NCBI GenBank assembly: GCA_964016885.1
Contig: OZ024741.1
Coordinates: forward strand, 263,748,001 to 263,812,000
Origin: Eledone cirrhosa
Lineage: Eukaryota
Direction: 5' to 3'
Length of the DNA: 64,000 nt
Under the pieces are notes generated by a model. The model did no database searches. It saw only the letters and a list, made by a program, of their open reading frames with translations, and was not told the DNA's origin. Position 1 is the stretch's first letter; each line of letters begins with the position of its first letter. Shown in pieces: positions 41,755 through 52,885 of this stretch. The position numbers were made by a program, and so were the translations under genes.

Positions 41755-43175
41755 TGGGTGGCGTGGTGGTGTGTGGTGGTGGTAGTGGTGGAGGGGCAGT
41801 TATGGCAGTGGTGGAGGGGCAGTTATGGCAGTGTGGTGGTGGCAGTTATGGCAGTGTGGTGGTGGTGGTAGTGGTGGAGGGGCAGTGTGGTGGTGGTGGT
41901 GGTGGAGGGGCAGTTATGGCAGTGTGGTGGTGGTGGTAGTGGTGGAGGGGCAGTTATGGCAGTGTGGTGGTGGCAGTGGTGGAGGGGCAGTTATGGCAGT
42001 GTAGTGGTGAAGGTGCAGTTATGGCAGTGTGGTGGTGGTGGAGGTGCAGTTATGCCAGTGCGGTGGTGGTGGTGGAGTTATGGCAGTGTGGTAGTGGTGG
42101 TATTGCAGTGTTGTGGTGTGGTGTGGTGTGGTGTGGGGATCAGGTGGTGGTGGTAGTTATGGCAGTGGTATGGTGGTGGTGGTAGTTATGGCAGTGGTAT
42201 GGTGGTGGTGGTAGTTGTAGCAGTGGTATGGTGGTGGCGGCGGTTGTAGCAGTGGTATGGTGGTGGTGGTGATTGTTGTAGCAGTGGTATGGTAGTGGTG
42301 GCAGTGGTGTGATGGTGGTGGTAGTTGTAGCAGTGGTATGGTGGTGGTGGTGGTGATTGTTGTAACAGTGGTATGGTAGTGGTGGTAGTGGCAGTGGTTT
42401 GATGGTGGTGGTAGTTGTAGCAGTGGTGTGGTGGTGGTAGTTGTAGCAGTGGTATGGTAGTGGTGGCAGTGGTGTGATGGTGGTGGTAATTGTAGCAGCA
42501 GTGGTGTGGAGGTGGTGGTAGTTGTGGTATGGTGGTGGTGGTGGTGGTGGTGGTAGTTGTAGCAGTGGTGGTGGTAGTGGTGGCAGTGGTATGATGATGG
42601 CGTGGTGGTAGTTGTAGGTAGCAGTGGTATGGTAGTGGTGGCAGTGGTATGGTGGTAGTGGCAGTGGTGTGATGGTGGTGGTAGTTGTAGCAGCAGTGGT
42701 GTGGTGGTGGCGGTAGTAGTTGTAGCAGTGGTATGGTGGTGGTGTGATGGTGGTGGTAGTTGTAACAGTGGTATGGGTATGGTGATGGTGTTGGTAGTTG
42801 TAGCAGTGGTATGGTGGTGTTGGTAATTGTAGCAGTATGATGGTAGTGGCAGTGGTATGATTGTGGTGGTAGTTGTAGCAGTGGTATGGTGGTGGTGGTA
42901 GTTGTAGCAGTGGTATGGTGGTGGTGGTAGTTGTAGCAGTGGTATGGTGGTGGTGGTAGTTGTAGCAGTGGTATGGTGGTGGTGGTAGTTGTAGCAGTGG
43001 TATGGTGGTTGTGGTGGTGGTAGTTGTAGCAGTGGTATGGTGGTCGTGGTGGTGGTAGTTGTAGCAGTGGTATGGTGGTGGTGGTAGTTGTAGCAGTGGT
43101 ATGGTGGTGGTGGTAGTTGTAGCAGTGGTATGGTGGTGGTGGTGGTAGTTGTAGCAGTGGTATGGTGGTGGTATG
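41755..43175. repeat. GTG-rich minisatellite/low-complexity tract
   Basis: Units ggagggg-cagttatggcagtgtggtggt, then tagttgtagcagtggtatggtggtggtgg. Confidence 0.88.
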
Positions 43176-43267
43176 AACAAGGAAGAATAACATGCTGCTA
43201 CTACTATTATAGCATTCGACCTCTTTCTCTCAAAAACTGCCTTTTCCTTTTTCACCACCGCCACCTC

Positions 43268-43408
43268 TACTATTACTACTACTACTATTACTACTACTAC
43301 TATTATTACTACTACTACTATTACTACTACTACTACTACTACTATTACTATTACTACTACTATTACTATTACTACTATTACTACTACTACTACTACTACT
43401 ACTACTAT

Positions 43409-43440
<32 letters not shown>

Positions 43441-44002
43441 TTACTATTACTATTACTACTACTACTACTACTATTACTATTACTACTATTACTACTACTA
43501 CTACTACTATTACTATTACTATTACTACTACTACTACTACTATTACTACTACTACTACTACTATTACTACTACTACTACTACTATTACTACTACTATTAC
43601 TATTACTACTATTACTACTACTACTACTACTACTACTATTATTACTACTACTACTACTACTATTACTACTACTACTACTACTACTACTATTACTATTACT
43701 ACTACTATTACTATTACTACTATTACTACTACTACTACTACTACTACTATTACTACTACTACTACTACTACTACTATTACTACTACTACTACTACTACTA
43801 CTACTATTACTATTACTACTACTACTACTATTACTACTACTACTACTATTACTACTACTACTACTACTACTACTATTACTATTACTACTACTATTACTAT
43901 TACTACTATTACTACTACTACTACTACTACTACTACTATTATTACTACTACTACTATTACTACTACTACTACTACTACTACTATTACTATTACTACTACT
44001 AT

Positions 44003-44052
<50 letters not shown>

Positions 44053-44152
44053 TTACTACTACTATTACTACTACTACTATTACTATTACTACTACTACTA
44101 CTATTACTACTACTACTATTACTACTACTACTATTACTACTACTACTACTAT

Positions 44153-44203
<51 letters not shown>
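43268..44203. repeat. (TAC/TAT)n trinucleotide repeat, ~930 bp
   Basis: Only TAC and TAT units, held in one register. Confidence 0.97.
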
Positions 44204-44925
44204 CGCCATCACCAACACCAGTACCACCGCCGAAAATTGTGCGAACCCATCAGACCCACTGTATATGAGCCCGTGACCGCTAGTGAGAGGGGTGTTGGTC
44301 ATATCTGTAATGTCTCCAGAGTCTGGCTTGACCGGGGCAGGGTTAGGAGTTAACAACAACAACAACATCTGGTATCATTAGCTGTACTCCTTACAACTGC
44401 TGCTCTCTCGACACTGCACACGCACACGTACATATATACTAGCACACGCACAAACGAACACGCAGACACACACACAAGACACGCATTCACACACGTGCGC
44501 GTTAATACACACGCAGACATTTAATATCGGTCGCTCTCCGACAGGTTTGCAGTCGAGCCCGTAGCAGTGGAGACTTCTGATTTCCTTGGCCCTAGGTCCA
44601 CCTCCCTCCCTACCACCGTCGGCATGGAATTGACTACCCGCAGGTGTGAGCTTCGCGAGCTGGAATGGCTCTTCCAACGCGTTTCCTTCACCATCCTCTG
44701 GTGAAACGCCTTCTCTATTCTGTCCGTCGGGGCCACGGGGCGGCTAGCGCGTTGGCCCCTAATTGCTTACAATAGTGAGAGATGAGGAGAGCGGGCGAAA
44801 TGTAGGGAGTGGGAGTTTGGTTTTATTGTGTTCGGACCTGGTGTATATGTATATATTTATTTACCGCGCCACATTAATACTGACTATACTTATAAAGGAA
44901 AGTATTTAATTAGAAATAAGGTAAC
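44204..44925. promoter_or_regulatory. CpG-rich unique segment; candidate promoter/first exon, possibly bidirectional
   Basis: The most CpG-dense non-repeat stretch seen (e.g. gtccgtcggggccacggggcggctagcgcg), with a GC-box-like ggggcgg and a candidate plus-strand donor AAG|gtaacg at 44920/44921. Confidence 0.5.
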
Positions 44926-45230
44926 GAAAAGGTTGGACAGTTCTTTATGTTGTTCCTATCAAGAAAAGGTGGTTTATTTAGCAGTTGAAAGTAAAACATA
45001 CATGCATACAGACACGTGCGCGGGCACACACACATGCATGCACACACGCAGGCCAAACACGCTGTGTGACAAACTGTAAAACATGCACTGAATTAAGAAT
45101 AGTATATATATATATGAGTCGGGTCACAAATTTTGTGATCTTTTCAATGATTCTTGTCACCCTCTGTGACTCTTCCTCGTTTCGATATTGTTCCAGTTGC
45201 TCTCTTTTGCAAAACAAATACAAAAACCTA

Positions 45231-45268
<38 letters not shown>

Positions 45269-45991
45269 GCGCGCACACACATACACACTGATAATAATTA
45301 TGAAGATCATATATATATATACATATACGCGCGCACACTGACACGTGTGTGTGTTTTAGAAACATATATTGAGTTATATGTCTGATGTAAAGTTCTGTGC
45401 CATCAAATATCTCTATATTCACATAAACTCACGCATAATTATTTCGTGTGTATAAATGCGCGCGCGTTAGAGAGTAATATACGGAAAAACAACAAAATGA
45501 ATATATATATATATATATTAAATACTTAAATTTCTTCAGCAATTATCCCGCTTTGCTCAAAGGGGAACAACTCGTACTTACAACTATATATTTCGCCCAT
45601 TGGATTTCATAAGTTTACATGTTGGTAGTCAACAATAATGATACGATACTATGGGTGTTTGTATATCTATTGATATCTCTGTCTTTAACATTTAAACGTA
45701 CAAACATACATATACACAATGCATTTCCTATCTCAGTCATGTTGCTACAGTAACAAATTCACTTTCGAATCACAGGGTGTTGGGTTCTAACCCTATAGTT
45801 GCCCCTGTAAATAGTTATTTCTCCAACGTTTAATCCTGTATGACATTTGTGAACATTTATATAATTTTGGAGTAAACAAATTTAATACCTATAAGTTAAA
45901 CAAGGTTCAATGAATAAATCAAAGAATGAGTTTTACAATAGATTGGAAGCACTTAACAGGAAAAAAAAAGGTTTTCCAGAGTTATTAATAT

Positions 45992-46245
45992 TAATTCAAA
46001 ATATTAACAAAATAGATATTCTTGTGATCAATTATATTTTATTATACATATTTCAGAGGTACTGAGTTAAGTTCAACAGTACGTCCTCATCACATAAAAT
46101 AAAATGATACATGACATACCCTGATATAGTAGATGGTTAAGATCCAGTCATGGTAGTGATTAACTTATGATAAAACTCAACATTTATATGTATAATAAAA
46201 TATAATTGATCACAAGAATATCTATTTTGTTAATATTTTGAATTA
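45992..46245. repeat. inverted repeat (60-bp arms, ~135-bp spacer), Penelope-like foldback
   Basis: 45992-46051 is the reverse complement of 46186-46245. Confidence 0.8.
46036..46100 (-). ncRNA. minimal type I hammerhead ribozyme, C3 mutated (GUGAUGA)
   Basis: Minus strand: ATTTTAT-GTGATGA-GGACGTACTG(12 nt)CAGTACCTCT-GAAA-T-ATGT-A-TA-ATAAAAT; 7-bp stem I. Confidence 0.6.
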
Positions 46246-46267
46246 CTTATATATATATATTTATTTC

Positions 46268-46530
46268 GTTTCTGAATTTGTTTAGCAAGATTCTTTATCT
46301 GAAAACGTGTGTTGAAACCGATATTGTCATACTTTGGGAGGGTCATGTTGCCAATAAGAAACACACGCACCAGTTGATATCACTCCAATTTATTATAAAT
46401 AACATTTTTTTTTTTTTTTTAAATTTATAAATTTATAAATTTCCGGCTAGTTGGTTGGTTCCGCAACCGGGCAATTGTTCATATATTGTCAAAGTTCTTT
46501 CGTCACACATTCTGTGACCTCTTCAGTGAC
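46268..46530 (-). mobile_element. dispersed repeat (Penelope-like terminal segment), copy 2
   Basis: Matches 33752-33998 and abuts (TA)n. Confidence 0.65.
46488..46530 (-). ncRNA. minimal type I hammerhead-like motif
   Basis: Minus strand: GTCA-CTGAAGA-G-GTCACA(gaatg)TGTGAC-GAAA-GAAC-TT-TGAC. Stem III is rudimentary. Confidence 0.55.
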
Positions 46531-47208
46531 TGAGGATTCTTTTCTTTGTTTTGTGCCTCTCCTTTGTTCTGTCCTACGCCATCTTGTTTTTGTATATATA
46601 ACCAGAGAGTCTTCTCAAACACTAACCTCATACCACAATTCACTACTTCATTAATTTCTTTATAGCGCAAATCCACTTTAACGATGTCTAAACAGCTTAT
46701 AAATACGCCCCACTCCAACCTAGTATAACCTACTTCCCTTATGTTTCCCCTCCTTCCTTTCCACTCACTCTTCTGTGACAAACTGATGACCAGCAGACCC
46801 CCCACCCTCCCTCTAGTACAGTATCCCACTCTTTCATGTCCTATCATGCTCAGCCCTACCACAACCACACCACACACTGAAATGTCTATGGCAAGACCCC
46901 CCCCCCCCCCCAACTCACATAGGGCCATTGCTCCCCAACACCACCTCATCACTATGGTCATCACCCCACCTATCACACATACCAAAACATTCCTCATAGC
47001 TAAACCACCAATCAAAACAACATAAATTGACTACCATCTGTCTGCTTTATATGTTCATTGTGTCATTACAACAGCAGAGGTCCCATGAGCTTTTGATTCC
47101 AGAGTTGGGCCAGATCGATACAGATCTAACCTTGAGCTGATCAATAGTGAAATGCGTGCCACCAATCAATAAATGTAATGAATGCTCAACAAATGGTCCT
47201 TGTATTAT

Positions 47209-47964
47209 ATACATATGAATTAAAAAATAGAGTAAGAAGCCAGGACTATCCATCATCAGTGATCTTCTGGCCATCATAGGTATTTCTTCGCATTAAAGAT
47301 CAGATACTTCAGGCCAGCGTGAGGTTATTGCTCACGCTGGCCTGAAGTATCTGATCTTTAATGCGAAGAAATACCTATGATGGCCAGAAGATCACTGATG
47401 ATGGATAGTCCTGGCTTCTTACTCTATTTTTTAATTCATATGTATCACATCCGCAACAATGCAGCACACCATTTTTCATCCCTATATTTTTTCCCTTCGC
47501 TGTGACCTGTCTCTTTCTCTTCCCTTACTGCTATCCTCTTTCTCTCTCCCCCTTTTCTCTCCTTGTACCTCTTACTTTCATTCACCCCCTCTCTCAGCTA
47601 GCCTCTTCCTCACACTTTCACTCACTCTCTGCTACTCACCCTCTCATACTTCCACCCGTCTGACCCGTGTGAAATTCTTTTCTCACTCACATTTCACATG
47701 GCTTGGATGTGTCTTTCGTCTTCTCGTCAATGATTTGCCAGATCTTATGTTCACATGTATCACTGACTTGATTTCTCATTTTTCTCCCTTTACATTGCCT
47801 TACCATTCTTGTTTGTTTACATGTCTCTCTTTCTCCACCCAATTCTTTTTATCCCAATAACTTTATTTAGTTATTGCTCACGCTGGCCTGAGGTATCTGA
47901 TCTTTAATGCAAAGAAATACCTATGATGGCCAGAAGATCACTGATGATGGATAGTTCTGGTTTC
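47209..47964. mobile_element. Penelope-like remnant: perfect 115-bp-arm palindrome plus a downstream direct repeat
   Basis: 47209-47323 and 47331-47445 are exact reverse complements (7-nt loop). 47324-47418 recurs directly at 47870-47964 with a few mismatches, across a CT-rich interior. Confidence 0.65.
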
Positions 47965-47997
47965 CTGGGTATGTCTCTATTTATAAAACAAACTTTG

Positions 47998-48060
47998 TAT
48001 TTTATCTGAAGAAAGCGTACCAAAGTCTTTTGGTACCCTTGAAATATATATAATAGAATA
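47998..48060 (+). ncRNA. minimal type I hammerhead ribozyme, intact core
   Basis: TATTTTAT-CTGAAGA-AAGCGTACCAAA(GTCT)TTTGGTACCCTT-GAAA-T-ATAT-A-TA^ATAGAATA. 8-bp stem I (one G-U), 12-bp stem II (one mismatch), 1-bp stem III with palindromic TATATA; predicted cut after 48052. Confidence 0.8.
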
Positions 48061-48194
48061 AATATGGTTTTATAAATATAGTTTCCATTTATTTAATATC
48101 ATGGAATATTTACTCCAGGAATCTGTTGTGTGCTCTAAATCAGTTATAAACATTTATATTTGTCGGATTTCCAACAAATTAAATACCCCTTCTA

Positions 48195-48249
<55 letters not shown>

Positions 48250-48258
<9 letters not shown>

Positions 48259-49608
48259 ATTGACCTAGATGAAATGCAGTTCGGGTTTGTGTCAGGCAAA
48301 AGTACCACAGACGCTCTTTTCATAGTACGACAACTACAAGAGAAGTACCTAGCTAAAGGTAAACCCCTCTACTTAGCTTTTGTCGACTTGGAGAAAGCCT
48401 TCGACAGAGTCCCCCGCTCCATTATCTGGTGGGCTCTTAGAAAACTAGGCGTTGACGAATGGCTTGTGAGGGCTATACAAGCCATGTATAAAGAAACAGT
48501 CAGCAAGGTTAGAATTAACAACGAATATAGTGAAGAGTTTAGCGTAAAAGTCGGCGTCCATCAGGGCTCTGTTCTCAGTCCACTACTATTTATTATTGCC
48601 CTTCAGGCCATAACAGAGGAGTTCAAGACAGGCTGCCCATGGGAACTCCTATACGCAGACGACCTGACACTCATAGCGGAATCAATGGCCGAGCTAGAGA
48701 AGAAATTCCAAACATGGAAGCACGGCCTAGAGTCAAAAGGACTTAAAATTAACCTGGCTAAGACCAAAGTACTAGTTTGTAGGAAAGAAAACAAGGCGGC
48801 GGTCCCTTCTGGGAAATGGTCGTGCTCGGTGTGTAGGAAAGGCGTAGGTAGAAACTCCATTTTATGTCCTAAATGCAAAGTATGGGTGCATAAAAGATGT
48901 AGTGGGATCACAGGTAGGCTAACTAAGAACATAGATTTTACATGTGGCCGGTGCTCTGGTGCAATAAGTAGCAGCAAGTGCCCACAAACTACTAGCTCTT
49001 TCAATTGCGCAGAGGGTTCTATAGAAATAGTGGACAGCTTCCGTTACCTGGGCGATAAAATCAGCAGTGGGGGAGGGTGCTCTGAAAGTACTGTAGCTAG
49101 AGTCAGAACTGGTTGGAAAAAGTTCAGAGAGCTTATACCACTATTAGCTGCTAAAGGGTTCTCACTAAAAATGAAAGGCAGGTTGTACGATGCCTGCATA
49201 CGAACAGCAATGCTGCATGGCAGTGAGACCTGGGCATTGTGTGCAGAGGATATACGCAGACTAGAGAGGAACGAAGCTTGCATGCTCCGCTGGATGTGTA
49301 ACAGTAATATACGTGAACGGCAAAGCATAAACGAACTAAGGAATAAATTAGAGATAAGAGGGATCAGATGTTGTTTACTCGAGAGAAGGCTACGTTGGTA
49401 TGGACACGTGATGCGCATGAAAGTCGATAGCTGTATAACAAAGTGCAGGGCAATAAAGATAGACGGTAGTCACGGAATAGGCAGACCTAGAAAAACCTGG
49501 GACGAGCTGATAAACTCCGACATCACACACTTACACCTCTCCAAGACAATGTCACTGGACCGAGACCTTTGGCGGTACTCAGTAACAGAGAAGACCCGCC
49601 TTACCTAA
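48250..49608 (+). CDS. RTE reverse transcriptase (N-terminally truncated) with internal PHD-type zinc finger
   Basis: QFGF..GKSTTDA, FVDLEKAFDRV, GVHQGSVLSPLLF, LLYADD (YADD at 48652-48663), FRYLG, RRLRWYGHV, GRPRKTW. Stop-free for ~450 aa; the ORF-track start at 48160 is an artefact of the TA run. Confidence 0.93.
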
Positions 49609-50003
49609 ATATATAGTAAAACCTACTCCAGCCAGTAGGCATCTCTAACAAATACACCCCGTCCCACCACCCCCACCCGATCCACACCACCCCGTTCTAT
49701 GTAAAGTTATGTTGGTGCCGCGCCATCGAGGCCGAAACAAATGAGATCGTGTAGGTGTCACGACAAAAAAACACACAGTCCACGCTGTAATGTGGCCGTG
49801 TAGGCAACACGGTAAAAACCTCCCAGACCCACACTGTAAATGTGGTTGGTGTTAGGAAGGGCATCCAACTGTAGAAAACCTGCCAGACAGTCCTATGCGA
49901 GCAAGACAATCACTCTTGCCTCAAGTGGGACTACCCCCGTCCAAACCCATGCAAGCGTGGAACACGGACGTTAAACGCTGATGATGATGATGATGATGAT
50001 GAT
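48250..50003 (+). mobile_element. 5'-truncated RTE-clade LINE inserted in (TA)n
   Basis: RT ORF, ~370-nt 3' UTR ending ggacgttaaacgct(gat)n, with TA repeats on both sides. Confidence 0.95.
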
Positions 50004-50584
50004 ATATATGAAGGCTTAACAAATCGTCCTTGTATCTTTCTCAATCTTATTCTCCCCTCCTCTTCTCTTTCTCTCTCTCACCCCTCCCCCCCCCCCCTCT
50101 CATCTATAGCCAGAACATATTTTCCAAGTTTTATTTTATATTGATCTCATAATTGTATATATTATGTTGAAAGCGATATAAGGCTAGGCAAAGCAAAGTG
50201 GACAGTAAGATGAAGGTAACGAAGAGTAAGTTACCTGGTAATCTTTGTTTTTTGTTGTTGCTGTTGTTTCTTTGATATGGGTCAGTGACTTACCTCACAA
50301 TATTGATACATTTAGCAAGCATGCAACAGCAGCCTGTAGGCTGAGAGAGGAGATAGGTACTTTCCTATGATGCTCTTGGTATTCAGGTTTTGAACCTATA
50401 GTGTTTCCCTCTATTAGGGATTTATTTTGGTACACATTTTTCATTTTCTTTGTTACCTGTTATTTCATTTCATTGTACACGCTTTTTATAAGTAAATCCC
50501 CACTGTCCCAGTCTTTTGTATTTATTGTCCAGAATGTTTTTGACCCCTAGCAGCCAATAAAGAAATTATTATTGTTTATTTCAG

Positions 50585-50653
50585 ATTCACTATCCATGGA
50601 TGATTGATTTTGTTCCCTCTTTAATTTTTTTTTGCAATGGCTGATTCTACAAG
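50585..50653 (+). other. candidate 69-nt 5'-UTR exon
   Basis: Acceptor ttattgtttatttcag| and consensus donor AAG|gtgagt, on the same strand as the downstream ORF. Confidence 0.45.
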
Positions 50654-50669
50654 GTGAGTTACAAACTAT

Positions 50670-51012
50670 GATCCCTTTTTTTCTGTTTGAAGTGGGAAGG
50701 ATTGTTTATGGTTTAGATATAGATCATGCATGTGTATGTAGTTTAGGCAGGTCACTGAAATCATATCTGATGAATAGGTACCTTAGCTCTCACTTAACAG
50801 AATCAGTGATAGGAAGAAACACAGGTGAACCATGCTTCTTGATCCCTTGGAGGGATTGTTTACGGTTTATATATAGATCATGCGTCGTGTTATGTAGCTT
50901 AGGCAGGTCACTGATCCCACATAATTTACTTATTTAACTGAAGAATAGGTATGTCTGCCCTTACTTGACAGAATCAGTAATAGGAAGAGACACAGGTGAA
51001 CCATGCTCCTTG
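50670..51012. repeat. diverged ~170-bp tandem duplication
   Basis: gatccctt...ggattgttta.ggttta.atatagatcatgc...aggcaggtcactga...cagaatcagt.ataggaaga.acacaggtgaaccatgct appears twice. Confidence 0.8.
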
Positions 51013-51049
51013 TAATGGATCTTCTCCACTTGTCTTACAAATTTATAAT

Positions 51050-51250
51050 GATAATAATAATAATTGTTTCTACTTTTGACACAAGGCCAACAATTAATCC
51101 AGTGTATTACTGGTACTTTGTTTTATCGACCACGTAAGGATGAAAGGCAAAGTTAACCTCGTTGGGATTTGAACTCAGACCATAAAGGGGCGTAACTCTA
51201 CAAAGCATGGCATCCGACCCTCTACCGATACTGTCAATCCCTCACCCTGA
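51050..51250 (-). mobile_element. family A SINE
   Basis: Full reverse-complement unit between (AAT)n runs. Confidence 0.85.
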
Positions 51251-51628
51251 TAATAATAATAATAATAATGATGATGAGGAAGAGGTGGAAGATTATTCCA
51301 CTAAGGTACATATTATACATGTGTGTGTGCAGGCACACATCTGCTTACCTTGGGTGTATGTGTAACTGTGTTATAGTGTTCAGTCCCACTGTGTCAAGTA
51401 TCTTCTACTATATTTCACAATTTCTGTTGTTTCTCAATTCTTCATGCAACTGTCCACCATTCCACTTACTCCACTCCTCCACCTCCACTCCACTCCACTC
51501 CACTCCTCCACCTCCACTCCATCACTCTACTCCACTACTTCACTCCATCACCCCAGTCCTTTCCTATTTGTGGCTATTTCAGTTTTTAATTTTTATTTAC
51601 TGCTGCCTTTGTAGACCTACTGTGGAGG

Positions 51629-52885
51629 ATCATCATCATCATCGTTTAACGCTAGCATGGGTTTGTACGGTAATTTTCCCACGTGAGGCAAGATTGGTTG
51701 TCTTGCTCGTATAGGACTGTCTGGCGGGTTTTCTACGGCTGGAGTGGACTGGGAGCTTTTTACCGTGTTACCTACACGGCCACATTACAGTGTGGACTGT
51801 GTGTTTTTTTGTCGCGACACCTATGACACCTACACGACCTCATTTGTTTCAGCCTGGATGTTGTGGTACCAACATAACTTTACATCAAAAGTGGGTGGTG
51901 TGGATGGGGTGGGGATAGTGGACGGGGGTGTATTTTGGTAAGAGGTGCCTACTGACTGTAGGTTTCGCTTTGCACTTAGGCAAGGCGGGTCTTCTGTATT
52001 ACTGCGTAGCGCCAAAGATATCGGTCCAGTGACATTGTCTTGGAGAGGTGTAAGTGTGTAAGATCGGAATTTATCAAGTCTTCCCAGGTTTTTCTAGGTC
52101 TGCTTACTCCTTGGCTACCGTCTATTTTGATCGCCCCATACCAACGTAGTCTTCTCTTGAGTAAACAGCATCTGATCCCTCTTATTCCTAATTTCTCACT
52201 AGTTCATTTATGCTTTGCCGTTCACGTATATTACTATTACACATCCAACGGAGCATGCAAGCTTCGTTCCTCTCCAGTCTGCGTAGATCCTCTGCACACA
52301 ATGCCCAAATCTCACTGCCATGTAACATTGCTGTTCGTATGCAGGCATCATGCAGCTTGCCTTTCATTTTTAGAGAGAAACCTTTAGCGGCCAATAGTGG
52401 TATAAGCTCTCTGAACTTTTTCCATCCCGTTCTGACTCTAGCTACTGTACTTTCAGAGCACCCTCCACCACTGCTGATTTTGTCACCCAGATAACGGAAG
52501 GTGTCCACTATTTCTATAGAACCCTCTGTGCAATGGAATGGGCTAGTATTCTGTGGGCACTAAACTCTTCACTATATTCGTTGTTAATTCAAACCTTGCT
52601 GACTGTTTCTTTATACATGGCTTGTATAGCTCTCACAAGCCATTCATCAACACCTAGTTTTCTGAGAGCCCACCAGATAATGGGGCGTGGGACTCTGTCA
52701 AAGGCTTTCTCCAAGTCAACAAAAGCTAAGTATAGGGGTTTACTTTTAGTTAGGTACTTCTCCTGTAGTTGTCGTACAATGAAAAGAGCGTCTGTGGTAC
52801 TTTTACCTGACACAAACCCGAACTGCATTTCATCCAGATCAATTCGCTCTCTGATTAGTTGCGCTATTACTTTTTCTGTGACCTT
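51629..52885 (-). pseudogene. inverted, internally deleted copy of the same RTE LINE
   Basis: KVTEKVIAQLIRERIDLDEMQFGF...ETVSKV, then a jump to EGSIEIVDTFRYLG. The YADD and PHD region (~435 bp) is deleted; the (cat)n tail is at 51631. Confidence 0.92.

Noticed and set aside
47336-47390. Hammerhead-like ctggc-ctgaagta...gaaa...gccag in the palindrome arm
   Set aside because: The core is not CUGANGA, stem II does not pair and the cleavage triplet is non-canonical.
50768-50960. CTGATGA/CTGAAGA in both units of a tandem duplication, as hammerheads or C/D snoRNAs
   Set aside because: No paired stem II leading to GAAA and no convincing terminal C/D arrangement.
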